A DNA stretch of 64,000 nt, taken from NCBI GenBank assembly GCA_949358305.1, contig OX442314.1:13454001-13518000 (forward strand), given 5' to 3'. Positions 46,601 through 63,702 of this stretch are shown here, one piece after another. Within the stretch, counting starts at the first letter, position 1, and the number at the start of each line of letters is the position of its first letter. Source of the stretch: Strigamia acuminata (lineage: Eukaryota). Position numbers and translations under genes: made by a program. The notes beneath the pieces are model-generated. The model had not been told where the DNA came from and did not search any database. It saw nothing but the letters and a program-made list of their open reading frames with translations.

Positions 46601-46871
46601 TTAACCAGAAATAACGTTTTATTACTTCTGAATTTGCTTTGGATCTCCCCTGTGCTCTCCAACGGTATTGGTCATATCGAAAATCTTTTTTCCCATCACC
46701 GTCTTGGGCCTTATAAAGGTACACCTCTCCCCCTTTTGGAAAAACTGGTGGCACATGAGCAATCAACGATTCTTCAATTTTACCTTTTGATGCATCTAAC
46801 AAAATGGTTAAAGCATCCCTTGAAGACAACTCTTTGCCACCCATCTGTTTATAAATTGGAACTGCAGCCAT
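43689..46871 (-). CDS. MULE transposase fused to SWIM, Ulp1/C48 protease and PHD finger
   Basis: Uninterrupted ~1060-aa frame (first ATG 46871): PKGGEVYLY...FRYDQYRW; DDE YDTTFNLG / VCDRE / CQNH / NNISESFN; SWIM CTC..CYH; Ulp1 WLSD...HWFL...IIDS...QRNTFDCGVF; PHD C..C...CVLCRKWFHQGC...CKTC. Confidence 0.93.
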   Translation of the reverse strand: MAAVPIYKQMGGKELSSRDALTILLDASKGKIEESLIAHVPPVFPKGGEVYLYKAQDGDGKKDFRYDQYRWRAQGRSKANSEVIKRYFWLKDPAGSGNDCLKEFKRSVFNLPNNEIFFLISYTGDHSLHIPSNHGNRKRGDKPYVASQKKVFQNLITEINNKQSTASTIYKSLLAKQSTLGDAAHMPVDRPRNLDQVKNAIRIEREKSRLSNDAIFGLNEIAHQLGSIESIDIFPDLNVIYSLPSAISYAKSIITTSKKNPLLGQVVSYDTTFNLGDFYVSVLVIRNIRLIDNPIFPVAFMIHERKFKSCHKKFLESILKKIGMDKSSNIPFVCDREQGIISSLNELFPNIPLIICQNHLLKDVEHWLKKNGGNSCDIKVLKDDIERLLDCNSNESLLEMYAAFEVSWSDKFKCYIKENIFPHIQKHSAKFIRQKFGAFQGISATNNISESFNYVLKREVNWDELPADTFVLIFHYLICYYLNEFHRAELKLGNYEMKESFKSPIVIDIPPFLPPETIVEQCNLAKGNHTVEKSDTYRLTQTMIAQLCVERDYVGLHPKFKCFLVKSVKNNSTYSVISAPGTGKWICTCPSTGKCYHILAVELSTNISKCDTATYNLSVLRKQAKGREGKAGRKRPRPKDFDYDVIAAPDSQLSKQFLDEDECEMHASFSDSENVSSPSLEIASSYNLNSTFDKPVCKDQGFSTPKSKLKFSSSTPQTEIHVKNDKLQQCLPWKNPCPSSPMKIPNTIKMDLLKELETLKPEVWLSDIILDSFITAEINNNDLKEVASLCPAYFVSFFESPKRVKSKWDPILKYLNNAAALEKEILLAPINVDNDHWFLGIIYFKTRCVYIIDSAYSPEKNYDKYICYLTTLAAACHLIADLPFQVNLWQAKICIDAEKQRNTFDCGVFVCVYASAILQNVLDCSFVSKNARFWIGTAIMSNENVKSSPIKKKINLNRSLNQKFYNAAVSLDNIQDRIEKNLQTLEETTFNEIASLLKESDNSKNWTICEIQDCKKNESHGDKQVFCVLCRKWFHQGCISIADSVLKATKYFVCKTCKNL

Positions 46872-46897
46872 AACCAAAAAAAGTGAAAGCACCCACA

Positions 46898-47332
46898 CAG
46901 CTACTACAGCACAAACTTAGTGCAGAAAATTAAAAATCAAATTAAAAAAGCAGCCAGACAGCTACTTCAGCACAAACTTAGTGCAGAAAATCAAATGAAA
47001 AATGGAAAAAAGCAGCCAGACAGCTACTTCAGCACAAACTTAGTGCAGAAAATTAAAAATCAAATTAAAAAAGCAGCCAGACAGCTACTTCAGCACAAAC
47101 TTAGTGCAGAAAATCAAATGAAAAATGGAAAAAAGCAGCCAGACAGCTACTTCAGCACAAACTTAGTGCAGAAAATTAAAAATCAAATTAAAAAAGCAGC
47201 CAGACAGCTACTTCAGCACAAACTTAGTGCAGAAAATCAAATGAAAAATGGAAAAAAGCAGCCAGACAGCTACTTCAGCACAAACTTAGTGCAGAAAATC
47301 AAATGGAAAATGGAAAAAAGCAGCCAGACAGC
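46898..47332. repeat. Tandem repeat, 7 monomers alternating 61/62 bp (123-bp dimer)
   Basis: cagcacaaacttagtgcagaaa recurs at 46907, 46968, 47030, 47091, 47153, 47214, 47276. Confidence 0.95.
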
Positions 47333-47937
47333 AAGCTATTTATCTTGTGCAGTAAGCACAAGGCAGCTATACTCTAATTGTCTGACAAAGCAATTCCAAA
47401 CAACACCAAAGTCAAAATGAAAATTCAATATACCAAAGGAAAGCCAAAGGAAAGCCAAAGGAAAGCAAGACATGCAAACAGTGAATTGTGATTGCAGACT
47501 GCCAACAGGAAGGCATGCATTGCACCCTATATATATAGTAAGACATAGGATTTTGAATCTCCAATGAAATTCAAGAATATGTGAATTTCCAATGGAATCC
47601 AAGCATCCAAGAATCCTTCCAATCCTGATCAACAGGAACTGGATACCCAGGACTCATTAAGGACCTGACCTAATAGAGAGCTTAATTTTTTGCTGCAAAA
47701 AACCGTTAAATTGCCCCTATCCTGGGAACCCCTATCTCTGGATAAGGTTTTGTGGAAATTTTATCTGCCCCAATTAGACATTTCATTAAGGCAAAATAGG
47801 ATAAAAGGGAGAAATGTGGTGAAGTCTCAAAATTATTAATCTCACAAGTCAGTTTCTTTTTGAAATTTTGTCTTAAAAAGGCAAATTTTTGGCAAAGCTC
47901 TCTTTTTTTCCAAAATTCGTTTGTTTTGATCTTACCA

Positions 47938-48645
47938 AATAAGGGCATGTTCCGTAATATTAAAATGAATGGCCCACTGGGAACAAATAAAACATTTTTT
48001 GCGAAGGTAATATTACATTTTTAAAAAAGAAGGTTTTATTTACATTTACACATATTTGCAGAGGTTGGCATTACATTCTGGAATGGACTACGCCATCATG
48101 CCGCGTGGTGATGTTGCTACAATGGCGCGCGAAGGGGTCACATCTATGCGCAAATTGTTTGACTGGATTACAACTAGCAGAAGAGGGCTCTTGCTTCTCA
48201 TAGATGAAGCTGATACAAACGTAATTTATTAACAATTTCAATTTTTTAAGATGTTGTAACGTTTAATTAACCTTTATGCACGATAGGGATTAACAACGTT
48301 AAATGCATCCCTATACAAACTGGTGAACAATCGAAAAAGTAAGAAAAATTATTTAAAATTAGCACGTTTATATTTTATTCGTACTTTTTACATTTTTTTT
48401 TAGATTTATACGTGTATTGTACTAGCCAGAATAACAGGAAGAGAAATTGCAAAATGAGGAGTTACATGGCAGGTATTATGAGTATCAAATTCGTCTTTAT
48501 GATAATAAATTCTAAATTTGAGTAAATATTATTTTCAGGCTGCTGTTTACGCCGCTGAAGATGAAATTCTGTCTCATCAAATGGCGATGGATCGTGACAG
48601 ACTCCATGAAACAAAATAAACAAAGTAGAATGGATGAGTGACTTC
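47938..48645 (+). pseudogene. ATAD3: Captured, decayed ATAD3 gene fragment (AAA domain and C-terminus) inside the MULE
   Basis: Exon remnants: MFRNIKMNGPLGTNKTFFAK|; [74 protein letters not shown]|; AAVYAAEDEIL. GT-AG introns retained; frameshift, TGA at 48455 and internal deletions. Confidence 0.88.
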
Positions 48646-49778
48646 TTGGCAAAGAAAGATGGACGTCTTCCCGAGGTCGCCGAATCAGGCAGTGCTACAA
48701 CATCCGAGTCGAGTATATCTTCAATAGGTGTGATGGCTGGCAATATTTATCAAATGACTGCTGCTTCTAAAGAATCGAGCTAAAAATTTTGTGTGTAAAA
48801 TGCAAATTTGTAGTGTATACAGATTTGTAGTGTATATATTTGGTAATATATTTTCTGCAATTAAAATGACGAGTGAAAAGAAATGAGGTGTGACTGAGTT
48901 ATTGTCCATTTTCTAATAAATTTTTATTTTGTATATTATATAATATGTTCTTAGTCTACAAAAATAATTAAAATTAAAAATTAAAATTTACAAAAGCAAT
49001 CTTACAAAATTACAAATTCCAAGGTAACAGGTTGGGTATTCTTTGTTTTCGATGTTTTTGTTTCAATTTGATAAGTTTTGACTAATTGATACATCAATTT
49101 AAGTGCCCTACCAAAAGCCCCAAAATTCGAAATGCAGAACTGATTTGTTGAAAATATTTTAACGCTTAATGTGAAAAACTCCCCATGACATCCAGCAGTT
49201 TTAATCTCAGTGAAATTAATCAACTATTTTGTAAGGTTTAAAAAAAACTACCAAACCAAGAACTACATAAAATTTATCTATACTTGCAACTGCAACAATT
49301 TTTTAAAATTTAACGTAAAAAGCTTAAAAAATTAAGCGTTTAAACGAAATCGATCTCAAACCTGAGCTCAGTGTGAATATGGCATTCTCTGATAAGTGAT
49401 TTATTCCTAGCAATTAGTGTCTATCTGTTTAATGGGAGATTTTTTTCAACATAGTGGTACAGTAATATACAAATTTTATTTTTTCCAGATCAGCTTGTTC
49501 CGCCGTTCCGCCGTTTCCGCAGTATCAGAGTGATCCCGGGTTTTCCGCAAACCCATCGGTTCCGCCGGTTCCGCCAGTTCCGCGGTTCCGCAAATTATCC
49601 TGTCCCACTTTAAAATACAATTTTATGATTTTTTTGTAAATGTATGTTTGGAATAATTGTTAAATTATTTATTTATTTTTAATATTATTTATTATCTGGA
49701 TTTAGTAGAGTTTGTGCTGAAATATTTTAGACCAATGAGAAATGTCTGTTCGCTAAACCTGAAACGTAGAAATAGAAA

Positions 49779-52860
<3,082 letters not shown>

Positions 52861-53695
52861 TTTTGAATGCTGAAAAAATGCATGATGATAGATTTTGCTC
52901 ACTTAAACGTTTTCAATTTGTGATTATTTTCCGATTTGGCGTTTGGTGTACTCGAAGGGGGCAGGAAATATTATGGAAACTGACGATCAGAAAAAAATTG
53001 AAATTTTATCATGAATATTAGATTGAAGTTGAATCAGACACGAAATTAAACGCATTAATCACATTTAAACTTTATTCTCTACAGTATTTTATTCAATATT
53101 TGTCAGCAATTGGCAAAAAAAATCGTTAATATATTTATAAAATCAATGTCAATGTACTGATAAAAATCAAGAATGCCCAGATGCCCTTAATTTAAGGAAC
53201 GGTAGTGGTTAAATGTGATTCTTGTCGTTTTTCAAACTAGTCGATAATTGTGGCGTTTTAGGCCTGAAATTAGTCGATAACTGTTGCGTATTAGCTCCAA
53301 AAGATTAGTCTCTAACTGTGGCATGTTGTGGAATTTTGATTTACATTTTTTATTTCACATTGTGTGTGTGCTTTGGTGATTTGGAACATAAATTAATATT
53401 CATCTTTTGATTCCTCAGTAATTGGTGAAATAATTTGCTGCTGTAATGTGGTGATAATTTAAAAACTGATGTCAAGTTTGGAAAATATGGTGCGAAACAA
53501 ATTTGATTTATTCTTCTCACGCACAAATCCCGAGAAGATTCTACAATTTTATTTCAGACTGAAATAATGTTAATTTACGTGTACTTTAATTGACACAATT
53601 GCTTGTATAGTTTTGTATGTGTGTGTGATCCTGTATGTCGTGTAAAATATTTTTTAATAAAGATACAGTGTTCAGACAGTTGAATTAATTTACTC

Positions 53696-55491
53696 TTATT
53701 TTGGATTTTTCATCCAACCGATTGTCAAACAACATTCCTCCGACGGGGATAAGAATTGTAACGTGTTTGATGTGTCAACCATTGGTTCGGCGAAATAAAC
53801 ATCGAAGCCTAATTCGTTTAGTTTTTGTAAAGCTAAGAACTGGCCTAAATGGTTGAAGTATTCTTCGCCGTACCATACATGAATCGTAGCGATGATTTGA
53901 TTCACGTGCTCTAAAACATGGCTGGAAATCATTTCTTGAATCACTTCCCATTCGCCGCCATGCAAGTCCAAGTGAAGTACATCTATGGTCATGTTTTGAT
54001 GTTCAAGTTCGTGCCTTGTTTCAGTCACAGTTTTAAATAACCACTTCTGCTCTTTTGAGCCCACAGAATATAAACTACAATAAAAAGTATATTATATTAT
54101 GTTTTATTTTAAAGTGTGAGAAATTAGAAAATAATTACATTGAATTATTCTTTGCTGCAAAACTCCATTGATGGAAATACAAATTTCCTTGGAAAGTTTC
54201 GTCATTTGAAACAGGATCAAATATGTGGACAGCACAGAAAAGGCTTAACATGCCATTTATGAAATCACTTTTAGTGTAACCGAAACTGGAAGAAATTAGA
54301 TACTGTAAATAAATTAAGGTAAACTGCAAATGATAAATAGACTAACATTGCTGAATAAACAATACATGGTTGAATGGACAATGATTTACATAAGGGCCAT
54401 CGTTTTGTTTGGACATAGGACGCCAAACTTGAATGTTTGTTTTGTACGTTTATAGTAGCATTAAAGAGTACAAGCGTTGAACAATCGTGGGTTTGTGTCA
54501 GTAGATTGAACACCATTGCAGCTATGATATATTAAAAAATGTTTTCAGTTGGGATGTGAAGTAGAAAATATTCTTATTTATACCGGTACCTGATAATTGT
54601 GTAATGATAACTCCAGTATTGGGTTGCTTTAGCCATGCAGTGGCGATTGTGCAATCAAATGTTTCTAAGTTGTCAAGACATGTTTTTGCGTTGTTGCTGA
54701 CGTGATATAATGCAAAGTCCAAATTCATGTTTAATGATACAAGCACAGAATACCAATTAAAAAGAAGAGAATGATTTGCTTCTGCAAGATTAAAAACACA
54801 TTTTTGTATATTTTTCGAAATTATTCAATATATTTTTCGTATTTTACAAACCCACTGAGATGAAGGTAAATAAACAGCATTTGGACATTTTCCAATAAAT
54901 CGTTTTCAGCAAGTTTTCTTATTAAATCTGGCTTAATTGATGCATAATCGCTTAGCTTTAGCATCATCTCATCATCACCACTCGCATTTTTAAAAGTCTT
55001 TTCAAGTTTTTCAAACAAATTCTCATCGTCTTCAGATGTCACTCTCAAAACTTTTGCTTTTTTAAAATGAATTTCAATTTCCCTTTCAAATGACATGTTT
55101 CTCGACCTGCAAGAAAGATATTTGTTTACTAATAACAATAAATAAATTAATTAATTAATTAAACATACTCAACACTAACTAAACTGAATTCTTCCGTCAA
55201 TTTCTTCCCATTTTTAGTTTCCAAGCACACAGGCAAGGTCATGGACTCTTCACCCACATGTTTTGCCATTTTACACACCGTTTTGATCTGGTTCAAGAAA
55301 TCGTGTAGGCGCTGTTCCTCTTGACCCCAGTCTCCAAGCCTCTGCACAATTGAATGCTGCAACCTTAGCTGATTTTTGTTTTTGTTACCGTATAAAATAT
55401 AATCCTTGGCAATTGCTAGAAATCCTAATAAGCACATGAGATAAATCAACCTAAAAACTCTTCCTCGTCGTCTCCAAAAGCACCTCCACAT
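53696..55491 (-). CDS. METTL24-like (Methyltransf_22) type II membrane protein, apparently two tandem domains
   Basis: Basic N-terminus plus TM segment (RRRGRVFRLIYLMCLLGFLAIA); CIVYS.SFG, CAVHIFDP, IDVLHLDLHGGEWEVI...LEHVNQIIATIH, GFDVYF, C.TIGW; about 6 exons. Confidence 0.65.
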
Positions 55492-56044
55492 TTCAACAAG
55501 AATAAGTTGCAAATGTCTCTCCGTGATCTTAAGTCGAGATCTTTCCACTGCACGACACTCATCACGTTTGACCCGAATAGTTTTATTCTCTTGTTATCCG
55601 TGGAAAATTTTGTGCATTTTATTTAAAACCATTTGACCTAGTTTGCCAGCAGATTTGTATCTAGTGTCACGTTTTACTACAAGTCAACTAATCATAACAA
55701 ACATTAATTATACTTTATAAGCACGTTGTGTGTTTATTCTAAAAACGAGAAGCGACATGTATCGTATTCAAATCTGTTGATACAGCTAACTAGGTCAAAC
55801 ATAATGCAAAATTTAATGATAATTTTTAGAAAGCAACAATTCGAATTCGAGCAACAAAAGTAAATATGGTACATTTTAAAAAAAAAAATATAGGTCACTG
55901 TCAGTCCGTGTGTAAAATCGAAATAATCTCATAACGCATTGAACATAAATGTTAAGTTTATTATTACATTGTATGAGTTTTAATTATCGAACTTTTTAAT
56001 TTAAAAACGTTAAAAAATTCTTTTTCCTGCAGTTGTGAAACGTA

Positions 56045-59000
56045 CTACTTCGACCCTTGGTCATTATAATGGTAGGTATTCGAACCACCATAGTACTGCG
56101 ACTGCGACCGGTGACGATGGTGTGGAGGCCTATTGCCGTCACGTGAACCCGTCTAAACACGAAAACACGCATTTAATATTCATTCAATATTATTATTATT
56201 CAAATCTTACGTTTTTATGTTGTTGGTACTGAGAATAATTCTGCTGGTACTGATTGGACTGTTGAGTATAACCCTGCTGTTGATACTGATTATTATCTGA
56301 TCTATTTCCATATCCGCCTCTTATATTGTAAGTCGAAACTGGGTGTCCGTAATCCTGCTGCTGTTGTTGGTTGTACTGCGATTGCCTTTGGTACGGTTGA
56401 AATCGATTATCGCTATTTCTAAACAATTAAGTTGTAATTTAAATAAAACATACTAAACCTGATTTATTTTAACTTACCGGTGATTTCTTCCACCACCCCC
56501 ACCACCATAGCCGCCGCCACCACGTCCTCTATATGGCCGATCTGTTTTAAATAAAAATAAATAAAAATGAATACCAATTGAAAATAAACTACAATTCTCA
56601 ACGTACCGTTATTTCGATTTCCATAACCCATACTTGGAGGTGGCGCATTGGAATATGCGCCTTGACCAGCCATCTGTCCCATACTGTGACTGCATAATTC
56701 AAAAAAGTTAGTTTTTAATCGATAAAAAACGTTTTAATTTAATCACTTACTTCAAATGTCTGTGTCCAGAGTTGTCTAAATATGCGCGTTGCTTAGCAGG
56801 AGCCATTCCAATTTGTGGTCTCCAGCCTCGTCCTCCTCCATCATCCCAATCGAGAGCTTTTAAAACCTTCGGTGGATCACTACCAAACAAAAAGAAAAAA
56901 ATTAATCAACAAATACGTGACATTTAAAATATAAATACTTACACAGCATTAGGTAAACGCTTTGCTGGATGGATAAAATCATCGGGATATTTTGGATCGC
57001 GATATCTAGCGCTAAAAAGTAAAAAAAAAAACAGTTATAAATTTATCTCAATTTAAATTAAAATTTCGTTCAACTTACCATAATACTTTATTTTGTGTAA
57101 TATCAGGTAAACCTGGCAAAATGGACTCTAAAGTTTCGTTGGGTAAAACGACATCTTTAGCGATCAAAATTGAACCAGCCACACCACCGAATAAGTTAGG
57201 AATGACGGACACTTCTTGACTTAAGTTTTTCTCGCCCTCGTATATACCCATCATAAAATCGTATCCGGAATTCAACTTGCCGATGTACAATCTATCGTCG
57301 CCTCGTACGTTTCTCGCCTCTATTAAACCAAGTTAGATTAGTTAACAACAAACACTTAAATGTCGCCATTATTTCTTACCTTCTGCCGCGGTTAACAAGG
57401 GATAATATCCTTCTAGTGCTTTCAGCAAGCGTTTTTCATCCACAAACGGAAGTAACGCTACACCTTGCCAAGCGAATTTCTTTCCGTTTAAATCAATTTT
57501 AAAGTTGTCGGGGTAAAAATCAATTATCGGCGAATCAGGATTGAGCATTAAGTCACCCCACGGTCCAGGTATGTGCTGTCGACTTGCCGCTGGAAATACT
57601 CCCATCAACTGCTCTAAAGGTTTAAAAGGTTGAGTTTTATTATCAAACTCAATATTCAAGTCTCCGATATTGTGAAAATCAGATGCAAATGGAGCGTAGT
57701 GGTAAGGAAAGAACCAAGTCCAAGATGCACAGCCCTGTAAATTAAATTAAAATTAAAACAAATAAATAATAATCCATTTCAATAAGTTTTACATACCTGG
57801 TAGTAATATTTCAACACCCAGCATAAGCCCCTGCAATATTCTGCAGCCACTTGTTGCCTGTATTTTATATTGTCGCTTTGAACATCGAACTTGTTTTGAT
57901 AGTAGCGATCTTTCCATCCGTCTTCCCACAATCGCACGTCATCGAGAGGTTGTTCCTCTTCGTCAGAATCTAAGTTAGCGTGTTCCCATTGCCTTTTAAC
58001 TCCCTTACTGGAAGATGCGGCGTTGTCTTGGTCCTAAAAATCGACAGATCAAAAATAAATAAAAAAATAAACGACTAATTAAAATAAGATTCATCACTTA
58101 CGGTTGAAACACCAGATTTAAGCTCGGCTTTCAAGTCGGTTGCTGCAGCGTGATTGCCTGAATCGCGACTTTCGGTGTGCATTCCCTGCATGCGCATCTG
58201 GTAAGCTTCCTGCCTTGGATTTACCACAGCATTCGGTCTATTGCCGATAGGATTTGGCGCAAATTGGCCTCTCGGAGTCCATGCTGGTCGATCACGTTGC
58301 ATTTTCATCCGTTTCTTTTTATCCTTTTGTCTTCGCTGAAATGATAATTCGTTCTCTTGTCGATTTTTGAAAATCTCGTCTTCCACTTCGCCAAGATCAG
58401 TGAGGATTAGTTGCACTCGTTCCAAATGAACCTTCCCGCTGTCGGTCAAATAACCCTGAAAAATTATTTTAAAAAAATTTCGTCGGACGAAAACAAAATT
58501 AATTAAATTTTAAGTTATACATACCCCGGTTTTGAGGATAGTCTTTTGATAGAGCCCGATTAATCTATCGATTGCGCCTTCTCTGATTTCGAGTGACGGC
58601 AAATGTGGCAGAAAATCGTTGCCTACGAAGAAACACATGAACACCCAGTCGTCAACAGCTCTCTAAAAAATGTACAAAAAAATAAATAATTTGTAACCAC
58701 GTAAACAACAATGTATATTTAAAACAAAAACATTTACCAGAGGGGTAAAACTCTGTGCTTTGTTTACTGTATACTGAAAATACTAACTTCTAAATCAAAC
58801 GGAAAAGGAAGGTGATGCATCGCAAGTTCTTTCTCAAGATATTCTCGTAAAACATTAAGTCTCAAAAATATGAAATCCGGTTCAGCCGCGATTGGAGCAT
58901 TCAATTCATCAAATTCGCCCTGTTTTTCTTTCGCTAATCCCGTACAATCTTTCATTTCATGCCCTAAAATAAACAAATTAGTTAGTTTACCAATCCATCT

Positions 59001-60099
59001 ATCGGAAAAATTGAAAATACTAACCAATTTGACCACACAAGTCACACGAACGAGGTTTATTTGGTTTAAATTCCTCCCGAATAATAGTGAAATTCGGTTC
59101 ATGCGTGGCAAGTCCCAACATAATAAGATCGGCGTCAGCACCACATAAACAGTGGCTTGTGTTTGGATCGTGATCAGGATGACCTATGAAATCAAACAAA
59201 TTTTTAATTTCAATTATTAAATTAAAAAACACTTTTCTTACCTCTTTGACGCCGAATGTAATCCATAATTTTATGTTCTCCTTCTCCCGGAACATTTGCG
59301 TCCGATAAAATCACTTTAATGCTTTGCCAGCCTACGTCGTTATTCATCCGATCGTGAACGTAATAATGCAGACATTGAGCCAATCGGTCCATGAATGGCG
59401 TACCCTAAAAGCGTAAAACAATTACTACAATGCACAAAAAAATAATATTTTTCAATTTTACTTACGGGTGTGATGCAATTACTGTCGAAATGTTCTCCCT
59501 TCGGTTTCGGCGCGGGGAGATCGGCGCCTTTTGATAGCAAATCATTACGAAATATTTCAATTTCGTTGATTTTGTCAGCAGTTTCTTTCGATGCACGAAA
59601 ACGTCGCGATCTTTGTTGATTCATTTTAGCTCTGGGAGCCACGCCATCGATCGCCATGTACAAAACCTTTCGCGGTCTGATTATACCCATTAGTCTGTCA
59701 ATGTATTCGAATATCAAAACCATCATTTCGTCTTCATTCTTCGGCGCCGGTCTGAAATCAAATTCGAATTTCGTAAAATGTAATTTTAACTTTAAGTGCG
59801 ACGTTGCTCACTTGTCTTCTGGATGACAACACGGATGAATAATACCGTTCATATCTAAGTACAAATTATCGAATTCCACTCCATTGGGATTCGGAGTGGA
59901 TATATCTACGGGGATTTTAACACCATCTACAATCTTGCACTAAAAAAAATAAAAATAAAATGAAAATTAGTACAAAGCGTGTTCGGAAACCATTTCTTCT
60001 TCTTCTAGTTCAGTTCTAAATTACCTTGTCTTCGACAGGGTGGACAACGATAGAAGGATATTTCTTACTTAACCATCGGAAAAATGCCGGCACACCCAT
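56045..60099 (-). CDS. XRN2: 5'-3' exoribonuclease 2
   Basis: [80 protein letters not shown], zinc knuckle CDLCGQ.GH; G/Q/Y-rich tail, stop at 56045-56047. Confidence 0.97.
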
Positions 60100-61118
60100 T
60101 ATATTATATTGTACGCTTATTTTCTATATTTTCCCAAAAAATTAAGAGTCCGACGTAAATTAATAAAATGCAGTTGATCGTTAACCGGATACGGAAAGTT
60201 CTCTCAGATGAAACAGGTCGACCGGGTTTTAGTACAATTTCTAGGCGACTATTGAACGTGATGCTTATACGCCCTGTTAAAGATAAGTCAACTAGAATTA
60301 GTTTCGGCAATTTTTTGTTATCTATTGCCCAAATTCTAAGAAAATCGTTTTAAAAAAATACGAATTAATTTTTATTCACAAATAAAATCAACATCGAAGA
60401 AAAAAAAGAAAAAAAATGCAAGATACGAAAACCTTCTAATTTTTAATAAATCTCCCAAGATCCTTCGCGCCGTCTCGCAGATTTCCGCCATGATGGGTTG
60501 AGGCATTAGTTTGTGATAGCGTAGTATTGAAACGAATTTGTTCGTGCAAATCTTGCCGTCGATGCGTGGGTACCAATTCATTTCCGGTTTAATTTTGCCT
60601 CCCAACTACCGGATTGTCAACATTCCCCCCCGAGAACCACGGAAACATGCCGAATACTCCATTTGGAATGAATCAGATTTTCAACTCGACCGTGCTCAAT
60701 CATCAGTTGGCTGAGACTACATCATCTTCCATCCTTAACTAATTCGGCACTGCGAAGGGAAATAGACATTTAACGCACGAAATTTTTATTCCTTGTGACA
60801 CGGCGGCACCCTACCGTAGGCCGAGCCTAGGTAGGGAAGAGGCGGAGCCCATACAAGCCCCATGAAAAACAGATGAATCGCAGATAGTAAAAGTGCACCA
60901 CCAACCACAATTAGTGAGCGACCCTGCGTGTTCAACTGTCACAAGTGTTATCAAACTTGGGGATTTAAGTGGCTGTAATCTATTTCCTTGCTTGCGACGG
61001 GATGGCCGATCGTCCCCGTACTTTCTTGATTTTTGAATGAATTTTTTTGTTTTGTTTTTTAAAAATAATCAACGAAAAATAGATTTTTTTTGCTTATAAT
61101 TTCTATCGAGACGTGAAA

Positions 61119-63702
<2,584 letters not shown>

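Larger units (their letters stand above)
42400..49606 (-). mobile_element. Full-length Mutator-like (MULE) DNA transposon, 7207 bp
   Basis: TIRs 42400-42512 and 49492-49606 (first 59 bp identical, starting GGGACAGGATAATTTGCGG); perfect 9-bp TSD ACTTTAAAA at 42391-42399 and 49607-49615; internal MULE transposase. Confidence 0.96.

Noticed and set aside
46898..47332. CRISPR-like look (palindromic repeat plus spacer)
   Set aside because: The spacers are two alternating repeated sequences rather than unique; eukaryotic context, no cas genes.
46920..47420. 166-aa ORF with 41-aa repeats
   Set aside because: By-product of the 123-bp (multiple of 3) tandem dimer; non-ATG start and no domain.
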